From the NCBI GenBank assembly GCA_965230295.1, contig OZ246001.1, forward strand, positions 1,120,001 through 1,184,000: 64,000 nucleotides of DNA, given 5' to 3'. A program made the position numbers and the translations under genes. The notes under the pieces are model-generated. The model had not been told where the DNA came from, made no database searches, and saw only the letters and a list, made by a program, of their open reading frames with translations. The stretch comes from Marinicella sp. Lineage in GTDB: Bacteria > Pseudomonadota > Gammaproteobacteria > Xanthomonadales > Marinicellaceae. Shown piece by piece: positions 1 to 9,886 of this stretch. Position 1 is the first letter of the stretch. Each line of letters begins with the position of its first letter.

Positions 1-108
1 TCCTTGAACAGTGATGTAATTTTGAACCTTGATAGGAATCACCACTTCTTCGCAAGCCAATAAGTCATAAGACATCATCAGCATCAGCTTGACCATTAAA
101 GTCCGCAT
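1..108 (-). CDS. 5' part of a probable exported protein running off the left edge (MRTLMVKLMLMMSYDLLACEEVVIPIKVQNYITVQG...)
   Basis: Open frame from ATG at 108 to the window edge, 25 bp after the sortase stop; signal-peptide-like N-terminus; only 36 codons visible. Confidence 0.4.
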   Translation of the reverse strand, partial: MRTLMVKLMLMMSYDLLACEEVVIPIKVQNYITVQG

Positions 109-133
109 AACTGCAATATTTGCCAAGGATTTT

Positions 134-787
134 TCACATTCGCTCTGCTGTCACCTGATAACGCAGCTTACCACCGGTTTGCAGGGCGTTGAATGGGTAG
201 CAGGTGGTGAGGATCAACTCATCTTCGGTGTTGATCCTCACCTGTTGTTTACTGGAGTCAACAACCTTCAAGTCAATGATGCGATAAACAAAATCACCAA
301 CTTGCGTATCGATATGGATCAGGTCATTGAGTTTGGCTTTGGCGAGAAACCCAAAATGTGAATCATTGTGCGCACTGATCAGGGTACTCAGTGCCTGACC
401 TGGCATGCCTGAGGTGATGGATCGTGCAGGACCGAAAGCCATGTTACGCCCACTGGCGCCCTCCAACACATAGCTGGTTTCATTCAATGACGGGAACGTG
501 AGTTTGGCCACCGGATGGGTGTCAGCCCAATCCCAAGGCTTGTGCGGCTGGCCATCTTTCAGCGTTTGCTCCCACGCATCGGCAATCAAGTATTGGGCCA
601 AATGGGCCTTGGCCAGCAGATAGACGGAGGAACCTACCTGCCAGCTGCCCACGGTTAACAATGCAGCGATGATGATCTTGATCCATGAGAACTTCTTGGA
701 CTTTTGACGGGCCCGGAAAGAAGCAGAGGTTTTGGATCCGAAGGTATAATCTTGAGAGTTAGAATTGATCATCATGTGCTCCATCAT
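134..787 (-). CDS. Class GN (marine proteobacterial) sortase
   Basis: N-terminal TM helix; AKAHLAQYLIADAW and KPWDWADTHPVAKL family motifs; catalytic His (SAHNDSHF), Cys (LTTCYPF) and Arg (LRY); next to its VIT/vWA target. Exact start uncertain. Confidence 0.93.
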   Translation of the reverse strand: MMEHMMINSNSQDYTFGSKTSASFRARQKSKKFSWIKIIIAALLTVGSWQVGSSVYLLAKAHLAQYLIADAWEQTLKDGQPHKPWDWADTHPVAKLTFPSLNETSYVLEGASGRNMAFGPARSITSGMPGQALSTLISAHNDSHFGFLAKAKLNDLIHIDTQVGDFVYRIIDLKVVDSSKQQVRINTEDELILTTCYPFNALQTGGKLRYQVTAERM

Positions 788-811
788 TCAGCGTTTCTAT
801 GACATGCCTGA

Positions 812-2911
812 TCAAGCGAACCGACGGCTCATGAACAAGGCCATACTCAGCAACAGCATGCCAATCAATAAGTTCCAGCGCCAACCCAATGATCCCTGAG
901 GATAGGGCACTTGTTGTGCCGCTTTCGCTCGGGCCATTCGGCTGGCATCCGGATTCCTGTCCACCGCCACCAAGGCTGTGAACTCAGTGATTAAATGGTG
1001 TTTCAATGCCAAAGCAATGATGCTGTCTTTCAGCAATCCATGATCACCACCCAACATCAAATCATCGGTCATTTCCTCAACTTTGTTGCGGGCCCACAAG
1101 CGGGCAATGCCAGTGGTGCGATCATCGTCTTTCAGCTTGAATTGTTCTGACCAGGCTTTTTGCTGGTTTCCACCTTCACTGAGACCACTGACCACGAAGG
1201 CAGGTGATCCCAATGCTTTGTTGATGGGCGTCTTGCTGGTAATCACCAAAGGTTGATCCATGTATAAATCAGGTATCACACTGGGGCTTTGTACCACATC
1301 AGAGGTGTTCCAAGTAACTGCCATATCGGTCAATGCAGGACGCGATAATTGGTCAAACAAGTGGCTCATCGATTCATTGACCTGATCCAATCCGGCGATG
1401 TGGGTGTATGTGCCCTTGCCAAACATCGCAGCTTTACTCATAAAGAAATTATTGGGTGCAGGTCCTATGGCTATGGTGAACAATCGAGCATCACCAATAT
1501 CCTGAGCGATCTGATCAAATATCATGGCTTCATTGCCAACCGAACCATCAGTCATGAAAATGATTTGGTTCAAGAATCCCGATTTGATGTTCTCTCTTTG
1601 CATGGCGATTTGTAATGCAGGTGCCATGTTGGTACCGCCGTCTGAACTGAACCCGTCAACAAAATCCAGTGCCATGTTGATGTTATCAGGCGTTCCTGGT
1701 CTGGAAGCCGGGAATAACGCTTTGGCGGTGGAATCAAAATCAATCACGTTGAAATAAGAGCCACTGTCCAAGGTAGACAAAGCATACAACAAGGCATCTT
1801 TGGACTGTTCCAGTGCCATGCCATGCATTGACCCGGAAGTGTCCATGACGTAGGTCATGTTCCTGGGCTGTTTTGATTTTTCTGTGACATTGGGAGGCAA
1901 CACCATCAGCAGCGAATATTCAAATCCATCTTTCTGCTCTGAAAAATAGGCTGCCTTGGGAGTTTTTTCCAATTGAGGATACCAACGCAAGACGAAGTCA
2001 TTGGTGTCATACAATTGTTGATCTTGCAAAGTGATGTTGTGCAAATCGAAATCCTGGTCGATGGCCACATTGTGATGCAATGAGCGCAATTCATCCAATT
2101 CAAAACCTGCGTCTAAATTGACTTTGATGCTGCGATACATTTCATCGCTTACGCCTTGAGTGACTGGCAAATTGGCATTCACTGCAGGTGGAATGTATCT
2201 GGGTTTGATGGCCATGGGTAAGCGCAACTCGTAATACTGTTGCAAATATTTCAAGGTCATTTGGTAGGTGATCTCGACACTGATCATTTCCTGTGGCCCA
2301 ATGTTGGCAATGTCTGAGGTGAATATATTGGGGCGGTATTGTTTCACCATGGTGGCCGTTAACCCTTCTGCTTTGGCTTGCCGGTAAATCCTTTCGGCTT
2401 GTTTTTTTTCGTGAATTTCACCTTCGATAACCCGCTCCCCAATGGTCATCTTCAATTGATAAACGGCTGACTTGTCGGCCATCGGAAACGCATAAACACC
2501 TTCAGTCACCCAATTGTCCTGATCGTTGTAAAAGGTTTGCTTGAGTTTGATGGTGGCGAGTAATCCAAACACATCAACATCATAATCAGTCTGCACCAAT
2601 TTCAAACTGTGGTATTCACCAGTGCTTTTATTGAATTCCATCATCATGCCACTGCTGATGTCATCGAAATTGACCACTTCACGAGCTGAATCAACTGGTA
2701 ACGTTTGGGCCTGAACGTTGATGTGGTACAAAGTGGTATAAAACATGGCCAAGGAAAAGATCACCACATCCTTCCAATTCAAACCCAGTTTCTGATACTT
2801 GCTGGGCGGCTTGGTGACTTCTGCTTGTTCACTGTCATCCTTTTGATTTTGTCTTTTTTGAGCCAATTGTTCCAATTCCCATCGGATTGATTTTCTGCTG
2901 GTTGATTTCAT
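812..2911 (-). CDS. Marine proteobacterial sortase target protein (VIT + vWA domains)
   Basis: VIT motif (QTFYN..EGVYAFP..SAV..MTIGERVIEGEIHEK); vWA MIDAS DTSGSM and MTDG; C-terminal PYPQGS + hydrophobic helix + RR. Confidence 0.92.
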   Translation of the reverse strand: MKSTSRKSIRWELEQLAQKRQNQKDDSEQAEVTKPPSKYQKLGLNWKDVVIFSLAMFYTTLYHINVQAQTLPVDSAREVVNFDDISSGMMMEFNKSTGEYHSLKLVQTDYDVDVFGLLATIKLKQTFYNDQDNWVTEGVYAFPMADKSAVYQLKMTIGERVIEGEIHEKKQAERIYRQAKAEGLTATMVKQYRPNIFTSDIANIGPQEMISVEITYQMTLKYLQQYYELRLPMAIKPRYIPPAVNANLPVTQGVSDEMYRSIKVNLDAGFELDELRSLHHNVAIDQDFDLHNITLQDQQLYDTNDFVLRWYPQLEKTPKAAYFSEQKDGFEYSLLMVLPPNVTEKSKQPRNMTYVMDTSGSMHGMALEQSKDALLYALSTLDSGSYFNVIDFDSTAKALFPASRPGTPDNINMALDFVDGFSSDGGTNMAPALQIAMQRENIKSGFLNQIIFMTDGSVGNEAMIFDQIAQDIGDARLFTIAIGPAPNNFFMSKAAMFGKGTYTHIAGLDQVNESMSHLFDQLSRPALTDMAVTWNTSDVVQSPSVIPDLYMDQPLVITSKTPINKALGSPAFVVSGLSEGGNQQKAWSEQFKLKDDDRTTGIARLWARNKVEEMTDDLMLGGDHGLLKDSIIALALKHHLITEFTALVAVDRNPDASRMARAKAAQQVPYPQGSLGWRWNLLIGMLLLSMALFMSRRFA

Positions 2912-3088
2912 GTCGTCCTCAAATGGTTAACTTGAAGGCCATTTAATCAAGCAAAAAGGTCCTTCAGCTGCCACGTAAATGATGATTTATGGCAAGTTCT
3001 GACCAAAAAATGCAGGACCCGTTCTGTCCATTGAAAAAAAAGCCGTTGCATTGCTGCAACGGCTTCTTTGTCTAGGCTCTGATTCCTG

Positions 3089-4372
3089 TCAGAAGGAAGG
3101 ACAGGTAGGTGGAATAACTGGACCTTCAAATCCAGTGGCGAAGATTAAATCTCCTTCAAAACCGGATTTGAAAATAATGGGACCTGCCGGGCCCCCTCCA
3201 CGATTCTGGGAACGCGGTATTGCGAAAGGCAAACTACTGCCATCACCAAATGGATAAGGATCAATGCTGTCAGGCAAAGTTGTGATGGTTCCATCACTGA
3301 CATTAATCCAGCGACCCGTGTTTTCACTGGCAAAAATGGCCACCAGTTTATTTTGTTCACTGAACATCAAACTGGTCAGAACACCGGTTGAACTGCCTGG
3401 ATCAGGGTAGTTGGTACAACTGGCTTGCATGGTATTTGAGTCCACTTCGATCAGCACATCAGTGGTATCAAATGACATGGTATCCAAAGCATAGTAATTA
3501 CCATTGACCGGACTGACGGCGAAATCATTGATGCCATAATCCAACATGCCCGTACTGCCCAAGCAATCTGTGACTGCCTGATCCGCGTTACCATTGGCAA
3601 TAAAATCCGCTACAACACATTGTGAAAAGGTGTTGGTGCGGTCTCTGAATTGATTCATCACAGCAGCACAAGTGGCATCTGTGGTGGTATCAGCTTCTGA
3701 CCATGCAGCAGGAATCACACCGCCGTTGGCTGCAGTCAAATCAGCACTGGTTACTTGCCCAATCATGATCCGGGGCACCTGGTATAACACCTCTCCAGTG
3801 CCCGCCATCACATCAGCACTGGATTGATAGTTGGTTTTATAACCCAATAAATACATGTTGCCTGATTGATCAAACGAAGAGGCCGTGTGTACGATTGGAA
3901 TGACTTGCTCATTGTCTGGAGGTAAAACAAGGTCTTCCGCTGGTGGTTGTATTGAACCAATGTTTTGGTAGCCACCATCATTGCCTATTCTAAACACATT
4001 GACATCATCAGCCACCATCATATCCCCAGGTTGACCTGGTGAAGGAAATGGCATGGTTAATTCCAGATGGGTGCCTATACCCATTGAATCAGTAGGCATC
4101 AAGCCATATAAGAACCGGTCACTTGGATTCAAGCCCAAACCATCAATGGGATTGGGTAAAGTGCCACAATTATTCAGTGTATTGACAAAAGTCTGATCTG
4201 ACATGTTGGTACACTGCCTGTACAATCGGCTGTTGCCAAATAAATCAGAACTGATGCTGAAAGCTTGATTGTCTGTATCCTGAAAGGAAGTGGTGATATC
4301 CGGAACACACAATGGACCACCCGCTTGCGCACCAGAGGCAACAAACAGACCCACACACAGTAATTTCTTCAT
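3089..4372 (-). CDS. Secreted beta-propeller-like protein (DUF6923-like) with two tandem IFxxGFE tags near the C-terminus
   Basis: Signal peptide (AQA); GLGLNPSDRFLYG, SFDQSGNMY and DFAVSPVNGNYYA blade-like motifs; tail IIFKSGFEGDLIFATGFE; RBS AGGGG. Confidence 0.75.
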   Translation of the reverse strand: MKKLLCVGLFVASGAQAGGPLCVPDITTSFQDTDNQAFSISSDLFGNSRLYRQCTNMSDQTFVNTLNNCGTLPNPIDGLGLNPSDRFLYGLMPTDSMGIGTHLELTMPFPSPGQPGDMMVADDVNVFRIGNDGGYQNIGSIQPPAEDLVLPPDNEQVIPIVHTASSFDQSGNMYLLGYKTNYQSSADVMAGTGEVLYQVPRIMIGQVTSADLTAANGGVIPAAWSEADTTTDATCAAVMNQFRDRTNTFSQCVVADFIANGNADQAVTDCLGSTGMLDYGINDFAVSPVNGNYYALDTMSFDTTDVLIEVDSNTMQASCTNYPDPGSSTGVLTSLMFSEQNKLVAIFASENTGRWINVSDGTITTLPDSIDPYPFGDGSSLPFAIPRSQNRGGGPAGPIIFKSGFEGDLIFATGFEGPVIPPTCPSF

Positions 4373-4563
4373 AGTACCCCTACTCGTTATTATTTGAATG
4401 AACCTGATTTATTATCGACGAAACGAAGCCAAAATGTTGAATTTATTACTTATTGTTCTAAAAAAATTAAAATATTTGCTGTCTTTCGCTGATAATGACA
4501 GATAATTTGGAGATGTGACAATCTTTGTTGATGTCACAGATTGTAAAATCACCTAACAACAAA

Positions 4564-4592
4564 TTGACGGCATGAAAATTGATTGCTATCCT
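4564..4592 (+). promoter_or_regulatory. Probable sigma70 promoter for the BON-LysM gene
   Basis: TTGACG-17bp-TATCCT with TGn extension, 34 bp before the ATG. Confidence 0.5.
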
Positions 4593-4626
4593 GTATACAA
4601 TTAAATACTAACAACGAGGCAATATT

Positions 4627-5133
4627 ATGGGATTTTTTGACTTTTTGGCAGATGCTGGATCTAAAGTATTTGGCAGTGATGAAGAAGAAAAGGATGTGAC
4701 ACTACCTATCATCAAGCACATTGAAAATGCGGGTGTAGACATCACCAACATGAAAACCAAATTTGCAACTGGCGTGGTGACCCTTTCTGGATATGTCCCC
4801 AATCAGGAACAAAAAGAAAAATCAGTATTGACTGCTGGAAACATTGCTGGTGTTGCCAGGGTTCAAGACAATTTAATCTTGGGCGCCCCTCCTGCAGATG
4901 TGGCTGAAGCTGAAAAAGCCGAAGCTGAAGTGGCAGCCGCCGAGGAAGGAAAAGCCGGTGAAGAAGCTTGGGAATCAAGAACTTATACGGTTCAATCTGG
5001 TGACACTTTAGGCAAAATTGCCAAAGAATTTTATGGCAATGCCATGGAATACCCCAAGATTTTTGAAGCCAACAAACCAATGCTGTCTGACCCCGACAAA
5101 ATTTACCCCGGTCAAGTATTAAGGATTCCTTAA
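4627..5133 (+). CDS. kbp: BON + LysM peptidoglycan/K+-binding protein (Kbp/YgaU family)
   Basis: MGFFDFLADAGSKVFG start; BON domain; LysM YTVQSGDTLGKIA..IFEANKPMLSDPDKIYPGQVLRIP. Confidence 0.9.
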   Translation: MGFFDFLADAGSKVFGSDEEEKDVTLPIIKHIENAGVDITNMKTKFATGVVTLSGYVPNQEQKEKSVLTAGNIAGVARVQDNLILGAPPADVAEAEKAEAEVAAAEEGKAGEEAWESRTYTVQSGDTLGKIAKEFYGNAMEYPKIFEANKPMLSDPDKIYPGQVLRIP

Positions 5134-5157
5134 AAAACTGTTTTATCAGGGTGTGGA

Positions 5158-5198
5158 ATGGCCGCTTGGTGCTGCATGCATCAAGTGGCTATTTTTTT
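5158..5198 (+). terminator. Intrinsic terminator after kbp
   Basis: Stem ATGGCCGCTTGGTGC/GCATCAAGTGGCTAT followed by a T-run. Confidence 0.7.
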
Positions 5199-5219
5199 GT
5201 CATGGGAAATATGAAAAAC

Positions 5220-5957
5220 TCAGAATTTGATCAGTTGTTTAATCACCACATCCGCAGCACGAATACCAAAGCTGCTGATCACCATGGGGCTGGTGCCGTA
5301 ACCCGAATCACAATCGAGCTTGAATGATTGTTGGTCAGCTGTATCACAAAATGGCAGGATCATTGCCTGGTCTGAATAAACGGCCTTGATTTTAAATTTC
5401 TTTTTGTCTTTCAGTCCATGGTGCTTGCGCAGTTCATAACGCACTTTTTTCAGCAAGCGATCACCCGCAGTTTGGGCCAAGTCAGCTTGTTGAATGCAGG
5501 CAGGATCAGTTTTGCCGCCCGCACCACCGCAAGTGACAACAGGTATTTTTTTCTTCAGACACTCAGCCAACAACAATACTTTGTGCTTTACTGAGTCAAT
5601 CGCATCAATCAAGTAATCAAACTCAAGTAACAATTCATCGGCATTGCTGGCCATAAAAAATGCTTCTTGTGCATGGACCTGACAAGCTGGATTGATGTCA
5701 TGTATCCGTTTGGCCATGGTGACAACTTTAGATTGGCCCACCGTACTGTCTAAAGCATGAATCTGGCGATTGATGTTGGTCACACACAATTCATCGGCAT
5801 CAATCAAAGTGATGGTGCCCACACCGACACGTGCCAACATTTCGGCCGCCCAACAACCCACACCACCGACACCCACAATGGCCACATGAGCTGATGCCAA
5901 CCGTTGTGCCTGGGCTGTACCAAATAACCGTTCTATACCACCAAATCGTTCTTTCAT
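5220..5957 (-). CDS. tcdA: tRNA threonylcarbamoyladenosine dehydratase (ThiF family)
   Basis: RFGGIERLFG, VGVGGVGCWAAE, TNINRQIHAL, GGAGGKTDP, LDCDSGYG. Confidence 0.9.
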   Translation of the reverse strand: MKERFGGIERLFGTAQAQRLASAHVAIVGVGGVGCWAAEMLARVGVGTITLIDADELCVTNINRQIHALDSTVGQSKVVTMAKRIHDINPACQVHAQEAFFMASNADELLLEFDYLIDAIDSVKHKVLLLAECLKKKIPVVTCGGAGGKTDPACIQQADLAQTAGDRLLKKVRYELRKHHGLKDKKKFKIKAVYSDQAMILPFCDTADQQSFKLDCDSGYGTSPMVISSFGIRAADVVIKQLIKF

Positions 5958-6718
5958 AAGTTGAATAATTTCTGGGTATTGGCCGCTGTTTGTTGCGCCA
6001 AAAACATGGGGCCAATGTCTTTGATGGCGGCCACTTCTTGATTTACACGCAGTAAATCAATGGGTAAATTGCGTTTACCATAACGGTCATGAAAGGGTTG
6101 ATCAGGTCCATCGGTTTCCAGCAAGATGCTGGTCACTGGAACAGCTTGGACCATAGACTGCAGTTTTTTGGCTTTGGGGTTACAGACGGCAGGCCCAAAA
6201 CCCAAACAGACACCTGCATCAGTGATTTGTTTGGCTTGTTCAACCGAACCATTGAAACTGTGCATCACTGCTTTGAAGTAATCATGTTTTTTCAACAACT
6301 GAAACACGTCATCAATGGCCCCCCTGACATGTAAAATTAAAGGCAGATTAAAATGCTTGGCCAAGACAAGTTGTGCTTCGAAGATTAGCTTCTGCTTATC
6401 TCTATCTAAATCCTTGAGATAATAATCAAGCCCACATTCACCCACAGCCACAGCACCAGAACCCTGCAATGAATTTGCCAGAAATTCCAAGTCAGTGGCA
6501 TTGTGCTCTTTGATGTAATATGGGTGTAAACCTAATGCATACAACACGGCATCATGTTCTTTGGCTAAATTTAAAACTGCAGGAAATTGATTAACAGTGA
6601 CAGCAGGGACAACAAATCGACTGACACCTGCCAATTGCGCCATTTTGATTAATTGATTTCGATCATAATCAAAACGCGCATCGTCCAAATGTATGTGTGA
6701 ATCTATCAGCTGAATCAA
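5954..6718 (-). CDS. TatD family hydrolase (YjjV-like)
   Basis: IDSHIHLD, GLHP, VGECGLDY, MHSF, LETDGP. Confidence 0.92.
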   Translation of the reverse strand: MIQLIDSHIHLDDARFDYDRNQLIKMAQLAGVSRFVVPAVTVNQFPAVLNLAKEHDAVLYALGLHPYYIKEHNATDLEFLANSLQGSGAVAVGECGLDYYLKDLDRDKQKLIFEAQLVLAKHFNLPLILHVRGAIDDVFQLLKKHDYFKAVMHSFNGSVEQAKQITDAGVCLGFGPAVCNPKAKKLQSMVQAVPVTSILLETDGPDQPFHDRYGKRNLPIDLLRVNQEVAAIKDIGPMFLAQQTAANTQKLFNL

Positions 6719-7635
6719 ATCACAGGTTCCAAAAACATGCGTGGCATGACATCACCCCAATGCACATAGTGATCAACCAACAGAAAGGCAAACAACAACA
6801 TCAAATACCAAATGGAATATTTAAATGTCTGCCAGGCCAACAGTGGTGATTGGGTGCGTTTGAGTTCAAAGGCCATCCACAAAAATTTACCGCCCAACAA
6901 CAAAGCACCGGTTAAATAAATCAATCCGCTCATGCCAGTCAGGAATGGAAAGATGGTCACTATCACCAAAATGACGGTGTATAGCAAAATGTGTAATTGG
7001 GTAAATTCAACACCATGAGTCACTGGCAACATGGGTATGGCTGCTTTGGCATAGTCTTCTTTGCGGTAGATGGCCAAGGCCCAAAAATGGGGCGGTGTCC
7101 AGGCAAAAATAATACCAAACAGGATCAAAGCGTCTGCCGTGACATGCCCAGTCATGGTTGACCAACCCAATACCGGGGGCGTGGCGCCAGCCGCTCCGCC
7201 AATGACAATGTTCTGTGGCGTTGCTCGCTTTAAAAAGAAGGTGTAAACGAAGGCATACCCAATCAACGACAAAAATGTCAGAACGGCGGTCAACACATTC
7301 ACGAAATACACCAATACGGCCATGCCAATGAGGGTCAGCACTGTGGCAAATAGCAACACCTTTCCGGCTTGTAATTCACCACTGGGCAAGGGTCGATGTT
7401 GCGTTCTGAGCATGATGGCGTCGGCTTTTTGGTCAGCCCAATGATTGATGGCTGCTGCGGCACCTGAGGACAGCCCAATACCTATCAGACCCCAAATGAC
7501 CAAAACCCATTCAGATTCAGGAAAATTGCGCATAGACAGCAACATTCCAACAAATGCGGTGAACAAAATCAGCAGCACCACTTTGGGTTTGGTCAACTCA
7601 AGGTATTGTTTAAAATGACTCATCTGTTTTATCAA
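6715..7635 (-). CDS. ctaB: Protoheme IX farnesyltransferase (heme o synthase)
   Basis: LTKPKVV, D..MLRTQHRPLPSG, LKRATPQNIVIGG, WTPPHFWALA; alternative ATG start at 7623. Confidence 0.95.
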   Translation of the reverse strand: MIKQMSHFKQYLELTKPKVVLLILFTAFVGMLLSMRNFPESEWVLVIWGLIGIGLSSGAAAAINHWADQKADAIMLRTQHRPLPSGELQAGKVLLFATVLTLIGMAVLVYFVNVLTAVLTFLSLIGYAFVYTFFLKRATPQNIVIGGAAGATPPVLGWSTMTGHVTADALILFGIIFAWTPPHFWALAIYRKEDYAKAAIPMLPVTHGVEFTQLHILLYTVILVIVTIFPFLTGMSGLIYLTGALLLGGKFLWMAFELKRTQSPLLAWQTFKYSIWYLMLLFAFLLVDHYVHWGDVMPRMFLEPVI

Positions 7636-8603
7636 TTCGATCTGGTTTTGTATAACAACAGTACGACGTTAACCAACAACAAAGCCGCCACGCCATTGTG
7701 CAAGGTGGCAACAACCAAGGGTAAAGAGTATGTCACATTGATGATGCCCAAAGCAATTTGAATCACCAACAACAGCAACAGGCTCAATCCCAAAGGCATC
7801 AATTCCCGGTTGCGGGTTAGCTTAAAGATCAACCAAGAAAAATAAATGGTCAAGACCACAAAACCAATCCGGTGGGCCATTTGAATGGCCATTCTGGCGG
7901 GGCCGTCTTTGACCCCAAACTCATAATTTGGGCCGTACTTCTTGAACAAATCAAAGCCTTGTACAAAATCCATTTCGGGGATCCATACACCGTTACACTG
8001 AGGGAAGCCGACACAAGCCAGTGCTGCATAGTTGGCACTGGTCCACCCCCCTAAGGCGATTTGAAAGACCAGTAATAAAAGGCCAACCACTACCATCCAT
8101 TGTTTGACATGACCGGCATACCGGTATGGCGTGATCCCAGGTGTTCTGGTACAGGCCAACCATGTCAATAATGCCAAGGTGGTTAAGCCACCAAGCAAAT
8201 GGCTCATGACAATACTGGGGTGTAATTTCAGTGTCACAGTCCACATCCCCAAAGCCGCTTGAAATAAAATCACAAAACAAATCACCAAGGGTAAGGCGTA
8301 AGATTCAATCTTGCGTCTGCGAAATGCCCAGATGAACAAAGCCAAAACCGTTAAGGACAAAATACCAGCAACGTATCGATGGGCCATTTCCTTCCAGGCT
8401 TTGCCCACTTCAACAGCCCGTTCTGTGAAAGTCTGGTTGGCTTTTTCAATTTCATGCGCCTCATTAGGCCAGGCCAAATGTCCATAACATCCTGGCCAAT
8501 CAGGACAACCCAGGCCGGCATCAGACAAACGCACATACGCACCTAATATCACCACAAATAAGGTTAACCCAACGGCAAACCAAGCCAAATGTCTGTATTT
8601 CAT
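7632..8603 (-). CDS. ctaA: Heme A synthase (CtaA/COX15)
   Basis: GLGCPDWPGCYG, EMAHR, HLLGG, QMAHR, TLHN. Confidence 0.93.
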   Translation of the reverse strand: MKYRHLAWFAVGLTLFVVILGAYVRLSDAGLGCPDWPGCYGHLAWPNEAHEIEKANQTFTERAVEVGKAWKEMAHRYVAGILSLTVLALFIWAFRRRKIESYALPLVICFVILFQAALGMWTVTLKLHPSIVMSHLLGGLTTLALLTWLACTRTPGITPYRYAGHVKQWMVVVGLLLLVFQIALGGWTSANYAALACVGFPQCNGVWIPEMDFVQGFDLFKKYGPNYEFGVKDGPARMAIQMAHRIGFVVLTIYFSWLIFKLTRNRELMPLGLSLLLLLVIQIALGIINVTYSLPLVVATLHNGVAALLLVNVVLLLYKTRSN

Positions 8604-8604
8604 A

Positions 8605-9171
8605 TCAATCGCCTTTTCTTTTAACCAATAAGGACAAATCCCTGATGATTTGTGTTGATGTGTTTTCCGGGGTAAAGGCCATCATCAAAAAACCTTCCGG
8701 TGCCACCACGTACAAGCCTTGTCCTTGTGTCAGTGACACTTCGGACAAGCCATCAAATACCGATCGCAAGGACTCATTGCCATTTATCGAGACTTTTTGA
8801 ACATGAGGGAATCGATCATTATCATAGTTTGAGTAATCATCTGCCATCAGCATTAAATTCATTTTTTCCGAGCGGTGACCTAAGCTTAACCGGTATTTGT
8901 GTAAATCATTTTCCAGTTCTAAGCACTGTTCATCACAAGTGATCGGTACACGACGAATCAAGGTCCAATGACCATCCAAGGCAGTGACCCACTGTGCGTC
9001 GCTGTAATCTGCCAATTTAACCAATGGAGAAACAAAATGTCCGTTGTTTTTGGTCTTATCCGGCTGGTAATCAATCAATCCTGAACTGAGTAAATAGGCC
9101 ACCACCACGGGTGCAACAAACAACAGGGCAGTGAAGATGATGGTTAATCTGTTTTTAGTTTTTGCTTGCAT
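8605..9171 (-). CDS. Membrane-anchored cytochrome oxidase assembly protein (SCO/thioredoxin-like fold)
   Basis: One N-terminal TM, NNGHFV, CDEQC, YVVAPEGFLMM..IIRDLSLL; position between SURF1 and ctaA; TTG start at 9186 also possible. Confidence 0.75.
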   Translation of the reverse strand: MQAKTKNRLTIIFTALLFVAPVVVAYLLSSGLIDYQPDKTKNNGHFVSPLVKLADYSDAQWVTALDGHWTLIRRVPITCDEQCLELENDLHKYRLSLGHRSEKMNLMLMADDYSNYDNDRFPHVQKVSINGNESLRSVFDGLSEVSLTQGQGLYVVAPEGFLMMAFTPENTSTQIIRDLSLLVKRKGD

Positions 9172-9883
9172 CTTTTTCTTTGGCAAAATGTTTTTTCATA
9201 AAGATCCCATAGACCAAGCACAACACCAATGACATGGTGAACCATTGAGCGGCATAGGCTTGGTGTTTGGCTACGGTCATTCTGGGAAGTTGCCATTCCC
9301 GTTTATAGCCATGAGGCATTCCCGGGTCCAGCTTCAATACCAAGGGGAGGATTATACAGCCAACACCCGTGTTTTGCTCACAAAGTCTTTGTTTTAAGGT
9401 CTTCAAGGTGGCCGTTTGGTCTAAATAGGTGACATGTTGGATGTCCTGATTCAGTATCAATTGCTCGCCCAATTTGACCCCTGGCCTTGGCCAATCAGCC
9501 ACCAGGCCCTCCAGTGAATCGAATTCATCGATCACATCAAAATCTGTTTGTTCCTGATCATGCCAACCACGATTAACCAACAGCCACAGACCGGCTGTGG
9601 TTTTGAATGTGGTATACACGAAAAAACCGACCTGCCCATCCATGATTTGGTTATCCAGTAAAAAATGTGTGTTGCTGTAATGTCCCGAGAACTTAACTCG
9701 CTCAAATGCCAGTTGAGCCATCCATTGTTGTTCAGTTTCAGGCTCTTGAACCTCACCCACAGATAAACGTTCATTGATGATTCTTTTTTCTTCAGCTCGA
9801 CCCAATTGCCAGAATCCAGCCCACAACATCACCAACAAAATCGTCAGCCACAAAGTGCTGAATATCCAGGGGAAGGTTTTCAT
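9155..9883 (-). CDS. SURF1 family protein
   Basis: GFWQLGRAEEK, LLDNQ..GQVG, LVNRGW, HQAYAAQWF. Confidence 0.92.
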   Translation of the reverse strand: MKTFPWIFSTLWLTILLVMLWAGFWQLGRAEEKRIINERLSVGEVQEPETEQQWMAQLAFERVKFSGHYSNTHFLLDNQIMDGQVGFFVYTTFKTTAGLWLLVNRGWHDQEQTDFDVIDEFDSLEGLVADWPRPGVKLGEQLILNQDIQHVTYLDQTATLKTLKQRLCEQNTGVGCIILPLVLKLDPGMPHGYKREWQLPRMTVAKHQAYAAQWFTMSLVLCLVYGIFMKKHFAKEKDASKN

Positions 9884-9886
9884 TGC

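Noticed and set aside
4514-4538. TGTGAC-N13-GTCACA as a CRP site
   Set aside because: Spacing does not match TGTGA-N6-TCACA; it may be another operator but nothing supports that
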